Positions 1 through 7,562 of a DNA stretch of 31,580 bases are shown one piece after another. Every line of letters begins with the position of its first letter. The stretch's first letter is position 1. This DNA comes from Fibrobacteria bacterium (GTDB lineage Bacteria; Fibrobacterota; Fibrobacteria; UBA11236). The stretch covers positions 1 through 31,580 of the forward strand of contig JBJHDK010000023.1 of NCBI GenBank assembly GCA_050486505.1. The letters are read 5' to 3'. The notes beneath the pieces are model-generated. The model worked only from the letters and a program-made list of their open reading frames with translations. It ran no database searches and was not told where the DNA came from. The position numbers and the translations under genes are program-made.

Positions 1-1124
1 CGTCGCGCCCGTCCGCACGCGATGATGTCGGCAGCGTACCCCGGCCGCAGCGACCCGAGGCGGTCCCCCCATCCCAATGCCCGTGCGGCCACCGAGGTCG
101 CCGAAGCCAGCGCGTCATCCGGCGAGAGGTCCGGGTAGCTCACGCGGAAGAGACGAAGCTGCTTGAGCATGGAGAGAGACTCTCCCGAGGCGGCGCTGTC
201 GGTTCCCAGGCAGACGGGGATGCCGCGCGCCCGCACGCGTTCGAGCGGGAAACGCGGGTGGCCGAAGAAGGCGTGGCTCGACGGGCAGTGCACCACGGTC
301 GCCTTGCGCGCGACGAGGATGTCGAGGTCGGCGTCCTCCAGCATGTTCCCGTGGACGATGAGCGCGCCGTCGGGCAAGAGTCCCTCCGCTTCGAGCCACC
401 GGATGGGCGTGGTGCCGCGATGACGCGGCGCGTCGGCGTAGATACGGCGGCAGTACTCGGCGAGGAGGCCGGATGAGGTTGCGAACAGTTCGGCCTCTTC
501 GCGGCTTTCGGCGGCATGGATGGTGAACGGCAGGTCGCGCGCCTGTTGCTGGCGGCGGGCCGCGGCGATCAATTCGGGGGAGCACGAGTACGCCGCGTGC
601 GGCGCGACGCCGGGATGAAACCGTTCGGTCGCGGGCACGGCTTCGGCCTTGGCGATGCCCGCGGCGGCGCGCCGCTCCGCATGCGCGGGGTCGAGCCCGA
701 GCACCTCGACGCATCCGACCCCGCGCAGCGGGCCCGCCGCCAGCACGGACAGGGCCGCGCCGGTGTTGCCCACGTCGAGCACGGCGGTGCAGCCTCCGGC
801 GAGCAGACGGCGCACGCCCTCCTTCGCGGCGTGGCGGTAGTTCGATTCCGTCAGTCCCGCAGTGTACCCGCGCAGTTGCTCGACCCAGGTCGGAAAGGGC
901 TTGCCGCGATCGAGGCGTCCTTCGAGCGTGGTGAGTTCGAGATGGCAGTGCGCGTTGATGAGGCCGGGCAGCAAGACACAACCGTCGAGCCGCTGCACGG
1001 ATTCATCGGCGGGGAGATCCCCTCCGGAGCCGCTGGCCGCGATGCGTTCCCCCGTCACCTTGATCCAGCCTTCACGCACGGGCGGACTGCCGGGAGTCCA
1101 GAGCCAGTCTGCCTGCAGAATCAC
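1..1124 (-). CDS. Amidohydrolase, MTA/SAH/aminodeoxyfutalosine-deaminase-like (3' end runs off the window)
   Basis: Not in the ORF track, so translated by hand. The GTG at 1124 overlaps the upstream TGA (GTGA). It reads MILQADWLW...LPGLINAHCHLE (HxH), VAPHAAYSC, TIHAAES, VHCPSSH, LGTDS and GSLRPGYAAD, which are standard amidohydrolase motifs. Confidence 0.9.
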   Translation of the reverse strand, partial: MILQADWLWTPGSPPVREGWIKVTGERIAASGSGGDLPADESVQRLDGCVLLPGLINAHCHLELTTLEGRLDRGKPFPTWVEQLRGYTAGLTESNYRHAAKEGVRRLLAGGCTAVLDVGNTGAALSVLAAGPLRGVGCVEVLGLDPAHAERRAAAGIAKAEAVPATERFHPGVAPHAAYSCSPELIAAARRQQQARDLPFTIHAAESREEAELFATSSGLLAEYCRRIYADAPRHRGTTPIRWLEAEGLLPDGALIVHGNMLEDADLDILVARKATVVHCPSSHAFFGHPRFPLERVRARGIPVCLGTDSAASGESLSMLKQLRLFRVSYPDLSPDDALASATSVAARALGWGDRLGSLRPGYAADIIACGRAR

Positions 1125-1852
1125 GGGAACAGGTACCGGTCGCGATGGACGTTGAGGGTATCGACGCGCGGTCCGGCGCAGGCGGGGAACCCTTCGGGCG
1201 GCAACGTGCTTGCGAGAATCGTGCGGATCCACACGGTGTGCGTGCCGGTTTGGTTGCGGCGGAGGACGGCGGCCTGCACGATCTCGCAGGTGGCGAGGGT
1301 GTCGGTGATGAGGGTGCGCTGCGGATGCCCGGCGGTGGAGTCGCGGAAGGTGTAGCGACCGAAGGTTTGCAGGGTATCGCTTGTGCGCAGGAAGGATTCG
1401 ACGACGGCGTTGCCGGTGATGGAGAGCAGGGAGTCGGTGATGCGCCCGTCCGGCGTATGCAGGTACAGGCGTTGTCCCGCGGCGGGCGCGGTGGTTTCGA
1501 GCAAAGTGTCGAGTCCGTTCGAGATCGCGCAGTCGGGGATGGCGGGGAGCTCGACGCGGGCATGGGGTCGCAGGTGGCGTCCGCCCGCGGAGTCGGCGGA
1601 ATCCCATGCGAGCGAGAGGATGCGCGCGCAGTCGTACACGTGCCGCAGTCCGAGCAGCTCCACGGCGAGGAGGTCGCTGGGCAGTGCATACGCGCGCGGC
1701 GGCCAGAAGGTCAGGCTGTCGACGCCCGCGTTTTCGATCACAGTGGGTTCGCGGTCGGGCCACGCCGTGGAGTTGCAGGCGGTGAGCGTGAGGCCGAAGA
1801 GGAGTGCGATTCCTGCGGTCTGGGGGGGCGCGCGGGGGGGGGGGGTTCTCAT
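1121..1852 (-). CDS. Hypothetical lipoprotein (243 aa)
   Basis: Hydrophobic stretch IALLFGLTLTA-C with an LTAC lipobox, four further Cys, and 4-nt overlaps with both neighbouring genes. Confidence 0.75.
   Translation of the reverse strand: MRTPPPRAPPQTAGIALLFGLTLTACNSTAWPDREPTVIENAGVDSLTFWPPRAYALPSDLLAVELLGLRHVYDCARILSLAWDSADSAGGRHLRPHARVELPAIPDCAISNGLDTLLETTAPAAGQRLYLHTPDGRITDSLLSITGNAVVESFLRTSDTLQTFGRYTFRDSTAGHPQRTLITDTLATCEIVQAAVLRRNQTGTHTVWIRTILASTLPPEGFPACAGPRVDTLNVHRDRYLFP
1834..1845 (-). repeat. C12 homopolymer within codons 3-7 of the lipoprotein gene
   Basis: 12 consecutive G on the + strand, with a further G7 at 1822-1828. Confidence 0.9.
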
Positions 1853-2199
1853 GCAGGGGTATCCGCGTCGAGGGGGAACGTGTCTTCCGCGAAGGCTTCC
1901 ACGGTGTCGGCGGGCGCGAGGGTGAGGCAGTCGTACTTGCCGAGCAGGGCGATGGCGCGTCCCAGATCCTCAGGGATTCGCAGGCCCCAATCATCGAGCG
2001 TTTCGCGCAGCAGCGGTCCGAAGTCGCGGCGAATCCTGTCACGGAAGTTCCGGATGAGTTCCCCGGGTGTGAGTGGGGTTTCGCGGCCGAAGGAAGCCTC
2101 GCGGACGACGGTCAACACGTACGCGAGGCACGCGGGCGGAAACCCGGCGTCGCCGGCGCGGTGCATGGCGGCATAGGCCGTGCGCCATTCCATGGTCAT
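1849..2199 (-). CDS. Minf_1886-family-like protein (116 aa)
   Basis: The pattern LTPGELIRNFRDRIRRDFGPLLRETLDDWGLRIPEDLGRAI...DTVEAF resembles the family consensus as I recall it. Confidence 0.7.
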   Translation of the reverse strand: MTMEWRTAYAAMHRAGDAGFPPACLAYVLTVVREASFGRETPLTPGELIRNFRDRIRRDFGPLLRETLDDWGLRIPEDLGRAIALLGKYDCLTLAPADTVEAFAEDTFPLDADTPA

Positions 2200-2200
2200 G

Positions 2201-3193
2201 TCAGCGTGCTCCTGCGGGGGTGGACGGGAGGGCGCGGGCGGAGAGTCCCCCGGTCACGGCGGCGCCGGGTTCCCAGAACAGGGAGGCATCGACGGGAACC
2301 CCCGCCTGCCTTGCCGTGAAGATGAGGGCACGCGCGCCCTGGCTGCGCGCGAGGTCGCCCAGATGGGAGCCGGCGCGCACGCGCGCTCCCGGGCGCGCGG
2401 CGTCCGCGGGGATGACCGGTTCGTAGCTGGTGTAGAGTTCCATGCCGTGCCAGATGCGGATGCGCGCGACGCTCGCCTCCAGCGTGTCGATGGCGACGAT
2501 GCGGCCGGGGAGCACGCTGAGCACGCGCGGCGAGGTCGAGTTCGAGGTCCACTGCGCGAAGAGCCCGTCGCCGCTTGCCGGAAGCAGCCTCCCGTCCTGC
2601 AGGGGCGCGCGGGGGGAGGGTGCATCGAGGCAGCCGCGGCCCGCGTCGCACCATTCGCGCCCCGGCGCCGCCCGGCGAAAGTTGAACTCGCCGCGCGCAT
2701 CGCGGCCGCGGATCGAGGCAACGCTCCACGAGCGCAGGTCCCCCGGCCGGTCCTCGCTTTCATGCGCGCGTGCGTCGATGCGCATGCCTCCTGTCGGCTC
2801 GCCAAGTTTGCCGCGCCAGCGTGCCTTCGCGAGTCCGGCGCGCGCTGCGCCGCACAGGGTCGCGTTCGCCGCGGACAGGGCGGCGCAACACGGCGCCGTG
2901 ATGCCTTCGGAGCATTCGGCTGTGATGCGGAGGGAATCCTCCGACCAGGCAAGCTTGACGGCCCCTTCCCCCTCCGCGAAGGCATCGGGCTTTCCGAACA
3001 TGCGTTCCTTGACGGCGGCAGGGCTGAACCACTCGCGCAGCTTGGGCCAGTAGTCATCGAAGCGCGCGGCGATGAACACGCCGAGGGTGATGAGGAGTGC
3101 GACACGGATGAGTGGAACCTTGCGCCGGGGCGTACCCGTGGGCACGCGACGAGGTCGGCGTGCGGGGCGGTAGTCGGCGCGGGTGAGGCTCAT
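2201..3193 (-). CDS. Membrane-anchored protein with a Cys-rich middle and a degenerate M23/LytM-like C-terminal domain
   Basis: N-terminal TM segment VPLIRVALLITLGVFIAA. The C-terminus VLSVLPGRIVAI...IRIWHGMELYTSY...GARVRAGSHLG resembles the M23 fold, but there is no HxxxD or HxH. Confidence 0.6.
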   Translation of the reverse strand: MSLTRADYRPARRPRRVPTGTPRRKVPLIRVALLITLGVFIAARFDDYWPKLREWFSPAAVKERMFGKPDAFAEGEGAVKLAWSEDSLRITAECSEGITAPCCAALSAANATLCGAARAGLAKARWRGKLGEPTGGMRIDARAHESEDRPGDLRSWSVASIRGRDARGEFNFRRAAPGREWCDAGRGCLDAPSPRAPLQDGRLLPASGDGLFAQWTSNSTSPRVLSVLPGRIVAIDTLEASVARIRIWHGMELYTSYEPVIPADAARPGARVRAGSHLGDLARSQGARALIFTARQAGVPVDASLFWEPGAAVTGGLSARALPSTPAGAR

Positions 3194-3288
3194 GGGGGAA
3201 AGTTAACCGCGGTGTGTTCTCGTCGTTGGAAATCAGCCCCGCTAATTTGTGCAACCGGGTGTGGCACGCCCTTGCACGCTATGTGTCA

Positions 3289-3317
3289 TTGACTTATAGT
3301 TCATTCGGCAGTACTAT
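3289..3317 (+). promoter_or_regulatory. Sigma70-type promoter of the TA operon
   Basis: TTGACT (3289-3294), 17 bp, TACTAT (3312-3317); the ATG lies 7 nt after the -10. Confidence 0.8.
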
Positions 3318-3324
3318 TGGCTGC

Positions 3325-3654
3325 ATGCTGTTTCTGGAAACGGAGAAGTTCTCCAAAAAGGCGGTGACATACTTGACCGATGAGGCGTATGCCGCATTAC
3401 AAGTGGAATTGATCGCCGATCCCGAGGGAGGTGATTTAATCCAGGGCACGGGCGGTGCCCGCAAAATCCGGATACCGCTGCAAGGGCGTGGCAAGCGTGG
3501 TGGAGGAAGGGTTGTGTACTACTACAAGGCAATCAATGGGGTGATACTTTTATTGACGCTCTATCCCAAGAATGAAAAAACGAATCTGGATGAAGAAGAT
3601 CTGCGGTATCTGAGGAATGAAATCCATCGATTGAAGCGAGGAGGGTATCCATGA
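3325..3654 (+). CDS. higB: Type II toxin, RelE/HigB-2 family (109 aa)
   Basis: LFLETEKF...DPEGGDLIQGTGGARKIR...GRGKRGGGRVVYY...LLTLYPKNEKTNL; toxin-first gene order. Start placed at the ATG at 3325. Confidence 0.88.
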   Translation: MLFLETEKFSKKAVTYLTDEAYAALQVELIADPEGGDLIQGTGGARKIRIPLQGRGKRGGGRVVYYYKAINGVILLLTLYPKNEKTNLDEEDLRYLRNEIHRLKRGGYP

Positions 3655-4088
3655 AAAATCGGAAAAAAGAGTCGCGCTTCATTCGGGAGATCCGTTCGGG
3701 TGTGGACGATTATCTCGCTTGGTCCAAGGGTGAGAAACGCCTGAAGGTGACGAATGTGGAGAAGAACGGCGCGCGCGTGCAGTTCTATGCGACCGGCCCG
3801 GAGGTGAAGGCGTTTCGGGAGCGTATGGAGGAATTCAAGCGGACCCGCGGTGTTCTGGAACTGAGCCAGTCCGAGATGGCGGAGCTGGTACGGGTGAGCG
3901 TGGGCACGGTGCAGCAGTGGGAGATCGGTCGCCGCCGCATTCCCGAGACGGCGATGCTGGTCGCCGAGATCGCGCGCGATTATCCCGAGGTTCGCGAGAA
4001 GATCATGCCGGCGCGGAAGAAGAAGGACAAGAAGGCGGCTTCGAAGGATGTCCCGGCGGTGAAGGCGAAAAAGCGAAAGGCGCCGTGA
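3651..4088 (+). CDS. higA: XRE-HTH antitoxin, HigA-like (145 aa)
   Basis: HTH LSQSEMAELVRVSVGTVQQWEIGRRR; ATGA overlap with the toxin; GGAGG SD. Confidence 0.85.
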   Translation: MKNRKKESRFIREIRSGVDDYLAWSKGEKRLKVTNVEKNGARVQFYATGPEVKAFRERMEEFKRTRGVLELSQSEMAELVRVSVGTVQQWEIGRRRIPETAMLVAEIARDYPEVREKIMPARKKKDKKAASKDVPAVKAKKRKAP

Positions 4089-4097
4089 TTCATAACG

Positions 4098-4904
4098 TCA
4101 ACTCTCGCAGCGACCGCCTTCTTCGTCCCGCAGCTCCGTGATCGTCGGGGAGTCCCCGCACACGGGGCAGCCCGGGTCCCGGCCCCCCCGCAACTCCCGA
4201 AACTTCATCGACAACGCGTCGAAGACCAGCAGGCGATCGGTGAGCAGGTCGCCCAGCCCGAGGATCCACTTTGCCGCCTCGGTCGCCTGAATGGAGCCGA
4301 GCACGCCCGGCAGCATGCCGAGGATGCCCGCGTCGGAGCAGTTGGGCACGGAGCCCGGGGGCGGTGGCGCACGGAAGAGGCAGCGGTAGCAGCGGTGGCC
4401 GGGGACGTAGGTGAACGTTTGGCCCTCGAAGCGCAGCATGCCGCCGTGGGAGAAGGGTTTCTTCGCCAGCACGCAGGCGTCGTTGACGAGGAACTTGGTG
4501 GCAAAGTTGTCGCAACCCTCGATGACGAAGTCGTAACCCGCGATCACATCGGCGATGTTGGAGGCGTCGAGAAACAACGGATGCTCGATGACTCGGACGT
4601 CAGGATTCAGCGCGCGCAGTTTCTCGGCAGCCGAGGTCGTCTTGTGTTTCCCCGAGGATGCATCGGTATCGAAATGCAGAATCTGTCGCTGCAGGTTGCT
4701 CACGTCCACCGCGTCGCCGTCGGCGATGCCGAGCGTGCCCACGCCCGCAGCCGCGAGATAATACAGGGCGGGGGAGCCGAGGCCACCCGCGCCGACGACG
4801 AGCACCTTCGCCTCCCGCAGCTTCAACTGGCCCTTGAACCCCACACCGGTGAGGCTGAAGTGGCGCGCGTATCGGCGCATTTGTGTGTCATCAAAGATGG
4901 GCAT
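4098..4904 (-). CDS. moeB: ThiF/MoeB-family sulfur-carrier adenylyltransferase, without a rhodanese domain
   Basis: RYARH, VVGAGGLGSP, SNLQRQ, CYRC, PNCSDAG and CPVC motifs. Confidence 0.9.
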   Translation of the reverse strand: MPIFDDTQMRRYARHFSLTGVGFKGQLKLREAKVLVVGAGGLGSPALYYLAAAGVGTLGIADGDAVDVSNLQRQILHFDTDASSGKHKTTSAAEKLRALNPDVRVIEHPLFLDASNIADVIAGYDFVIEGCDNFATKFLVNDACVLAKKPFSHGGMLRFEGQTFTYVPGHRCYRCLFRAPPPPGSVPNCSDAGILGMLPGVLGSIQATEAAKWILGLGDLLTDRLLVFDALSMKFRELRGGRDPGCPVCGDSPTITELRDEEGGRCES

Positions 4905-4910
4905 GGTGGG

Positions 4911-5125
4911 AAGTTACGAGTGACGAGTTACGAGAGATGAGTGGGCAATACGGCAGTGCAACAGTACAACAATACAGCAGTACAGCAATGGAGCGCGGGA
5001 ACGCAATAGAACACAGGAACCGCGAAGATTATCCCGTGTTTGTCGCTGTACTGTTGTGCTGCTGTATCGTCCATCCGATCCTCTGATCACCCACAACTCC
5101 CGACTCGTCACTCCTAACTCACAAC
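4911..5125. repeat. Nested inverted element: outer 7-mer arms, inner 8-mer arms
   Basis: AGTTACG/AGTGACG-type units at 4912-4945, GCAGTACA-type units at 4945-4992, inverse 8-mers at 5041-5070 and inverse 7-mers at about 5088-5125. Confidence 0.8.
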
Positions 5126-5131
5126 GCTCCC

Positions 5132-6133
5132 TCACTCTTCCGTGTTGTACACCGGCGTGCTCAAATACCGTTCCCCCGTGTCGCAGATCAGGGTGAGAAG
5201 GGTTTTGCCTTTGAACTCCGGGCGCTTGCCGATCTCGCCGAGGGCGAAGACGTTCGCGCCCGAGGAGGGGCCGGAGAGGATGCCTTCCTCGCGGGCGAGG
5301 CGGCGCGTGGTTTCGCGGGCGTCCTCGTTGGTGACGGGGAAGACCTCGTCGATGACCTTGCGGTCGAGCACCGAAGGGATGAACCCCGCGCCGATGCCCT
5401 GGATCTCGTGCCACCCGGGCTTGCGGCCGAAGAGCACGGCGGAGGATTCGGGTTCCACGGCGATGATCTTGATGCTCGGGTTGCGCTTCTTGAGCACCGA
5501 GCCGACTCCGGTGATGAAGCCTCCCGTGCCCACGCCCGCGACCAGCACGTCGAGCTTGCCGGCGGTGTCTGCCCAGATCTCCTCGGCGGTGGCGCGGCGG
5601 TGGGCATCGGGGTTGGCCGGGTTGTCGAACTGCTGCAGCATGAAGCAGTCCTTGCGCGTCTTGAGGATCTCGCGTGCCTTCTCGATGGCTCCGGCCATGC
5701 CGCGGTGCGCCGGCGTGAGAATCAACTCCGCCCCGTAGGCCCGTAGCAGGTTGCGCCGCTCGGGACTCATCGACTCGGGCATCAGGATCAGCGACTTGTA
5801 GCCGCGCACGGCGGCGATCCACGCCAGCGCGATGCCGGTATTGCCGGAGGTCGGCTCGAGCAAGGTCATGCCCGGTTTCAGTTTTCCCTGCCGTTCCGCG
5901 TCGAGGATCATGTTGAGGGCGATGCGGTCCTTGAGCGAGCCGCCGGGGTTGCGCACTTCGAACTTGGCGAGAAACAGGGAGTCTTGGTGCGGCACGACCT
6001 TGTTCAGCCGCAGCAGGGGCGTGCGGCCCACGAGTTCGGTGAGGTCGGCTGCGTAGCGGGGAGTTTCGGGGGTGTTCTCCGCGATCTCGTTCGCATTCAG
6101 GGCCGTGCGCGTACGCGGGGTGGGGGACGCCAT
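5132..6133 (-). CDS. cysK: Cysteine synthase A (333 aa)
   Basis: NPGGSLKDRIA (PLP lysine), PTSGNTG, GVGTGG and HEIQGIGAGF. Start placed at the ATG at 6133. Confidence 0.95.
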   Translation of the reverse strand: MASPTPRTRTALNANEIAENTPETPRYAADLTELVGRTPLLRLNKVVPHQDSLFLAKFEVRNPGGSLKDRIALNMILDAERQGKLKPGMTLLEPTSGNTGIALAWIAAVRGYKSLILMPESMSPERRNLLRAYGAELILTPAHRGMAGAIEKAREILKTRKDCFMLQQFDNPANPDAHRRATAEEIWADTAGKLDVLVAGVGTGGFITGVGSVLKKRNPSIKIIAVEPESSAVLFGRKPGWHEIQGIGAGFIPSVLDRKVIDEVFPVTNEDARETTRRLAREEGILSGPSSGANVFALGEIGKRPEFKGKTLLTLICDTGERYLSTPVYNTEE

Positions 6134-6134
6134 C

Positions 6135-6872
6135 TCAAAACTCCGTGTCGAGGTGGATGCCGCACTCGGTCTTGGTGTCGCCCGCCCAGCGTCCGCTGCG
6201 CGCATCGTCGCCCGGAGCGGGAGGACGCGTGCATGTCACCGGCGAGCAGCCGATGCTGGTGTATCCCTTGGACGCAAGGGGATGCTCCGGCGTCTCCCAC
6301 AGGCGCAGGTAGAGATCGACGTCCTGTTGTGGCCAGTCGGCGAAGGGCATGACCTTGATCTTGCCGCGTTGCACCATCACGAAGGGGGTGTCCTTGCGGG
6401 TGGCGCTCTGGTCGCGGCGCAACCCGGTGATGAACGCGTCGACGTCGGGCAGGGCGAGGAAGCGGCGCTGCACTTCCACCTTGTTGATGCCGCAGCAGGC
6501 CTCGATGTCGGAGATGCGCGTCTCGCCGTTCTCCGTGACGGCATAGCGTCTCCGGTCGGGGTCGTCCGACGCGACGGTCACGAGGTTCAGGTTCCACAGC
6601 GTCGTCAGGGTGTCGCGGTATTCCAGCGTCTCGGGGAAGTGGAAGCTCGTGTCCATGAAAAACACGCGCACGGGGATCTTGAGCCGGTGCAGGTGGTGCA
6701 GCAGCAGGGCGGCGTCGCGCCCGAACGACGTGGTGCCGATAAGGCGGTCGCCGAACAGGGCGTGGGCGCGGCGCAGGCGCTCGTCGGCCGACAGGGGCGC
6801 GAACTCTTCGTTCAGCTCCGCAGCACGCTTGCGCAGGGCTTCGAGGTCGGGGTAGGGGGTGGGCGTATTCAT
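6135..6872 (-). CDS. cysH: APS/PAPS reductase, probably the Fe-S APS-reductase type (245 aa)
   Basis: TSFG, DT.FHFPETLEY, CC.INKV, TGLRRDQS, SIGCSPVTCT, RSGRW and ECGIH. Start placed at the ATG at 6872. Confidence 0.93.
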   Translation of the reverse strand: MNTPTPYPDLEALRKRAAELNEEFAPLSADERLRRAHALFGDRLIGTTSFGRDAALLLHHLHRLKIPVRVFFMDTSFHFPETLEYRDTLTTLWNLNLVTVASDDPDRRRYAVTENGETRISDIEACCGINKVEVQRRFLALPDVDAFITGLRRDQSATRKDTPFVMVQRGKIKVMPFADWPQQDVDLYLRLWETPEHPLASKGYTSIGCSPVTCTRPPAPGDDARSGRWAGDTKTECGIHLDTEF

Positions 6873-6880
6873 CGGGTATC

Positions 6881-7312
6881 CTACACGTAAAACATGGGTG
6901 CGGGTTCCATCTGGCGCTTCGCCTTCTCGGCGATGTCGGCGATGGTGATGCCCGCGAGCTTCTTTTCCACCACGGCGCGCTGCGCCTGGAACACGTCCCG
7001 CAGCAGCGTGTCGACCACGGGGTTCCCCCCCTCGATCCCCGCGCACGGGAGGATCTCTCCCTCTGTGGCCTTGAGGACACGGGCCAGGTCGATGCCTTCC
7101 GCGGGAACCGCGAGCTGGTAGCCGCCGGCCTTGCCGCGCGTTCCCTTCACCAGTTCCACCGTTTTCATGAGAATGGCGATTTGCTCGAGAAACTTGAAGG
7201 GGATGTTGTATTCGGTGGCGATCTCGCGCAGCTGCACGGGTGTCTTGCGCGCCTTGATGGCAAGGGCGCTCAGGAACTGCAAGGTGTACAGGGTTTTCGA
7301 CGAGACCTTCAT
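6881..7312 (-). CDS. Rrf2-family regulator, CymR-like (only one Cys)
   Basis: IPFKFLEQI...LVKGTRGKAGGYQLA winged-HTH signature; it heads the cys genes. Start placed at the ATG at 7312. Confidence 0.9.
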   Translation of the reverse strand: MKVSSKTLYTLQFLSALAIKARKTPVQLREIATEYNIPFKFLEQIAILMKTVELVKGTRGKAGGYQLAVPAEGIDLARVLKATEGEILPCAGIEGGNPVVDTLLRDVFQAQRAVVEKKLAGITIADIAEKAKRQMEPAPMFYV

Positions 7313-7318
7313 GGATTG

Positions 7319-7340
7319 AATATACATATAAAAGATGTAT
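7319..7340 (-). promoter_or_regulatory. -10 box TATATT overlapped by the palindrome ATACAT-N7-ATGTAT (putative Rrf2 operator)
   Basis: ATACAT at 7322-7327 and ATGTAT at 7335-7340; the -10 at 7324-7319 lies 6 nt before the ATG. Confidence 0.6.
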
Positions 7341-7425
7341 GGATTGTAGGATTGGGTGCCCATTGCGACATGCCCCGCATTGTCGACTGTGTCGCAAACA
7401 GGGGTGAAACGGGGCGGGGGTCGGT

Positions 7426-7516
7426 GGATGATGACATGGACACTATGGACGAGATGGACGGTATGGACCGTGTTGAAAACTTTCCATACCGTCCATCTCG
7501 TCCAGTTGGTCCATCC
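7426..7516. repeat. Hairpin of 9-bp-period (ATGGACnnn) repeats
   Basis: Perfect 22-bp stem, 7446-7467 with 7483-7504, and a 15-nt loop. Confidence 0.9.
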
Positions 7517-7562
7517 ACCCCCGCCCCGCTTCTGCGTTGTTGCCTTTTACCTTTCCCCCTCC

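Noticed and set aside
115..1355. Track ORFs 115..981 (-), 140..517 (-) and 516..1355 (+)
   Set aside because: The real gene is the amidohydrolase in another minus frame, which runs off the window and so is not listed in the track.
6873..7397. Apparent 420-aa CysH with a long N-terminal extension or Rrf2 fusion
   Set aside because: The extension is an off-frame reading of the Rrf2 gene; Rrf2 has its own stop at 6881 and cysH has its own ATG at 6872.
7356..7562. N-terminal extension of MutL (WTLWTRWTVWT)
   Set aside because: This is a translation of the 9-mer repeat hairpin; homology starts at the ATG at 7563.
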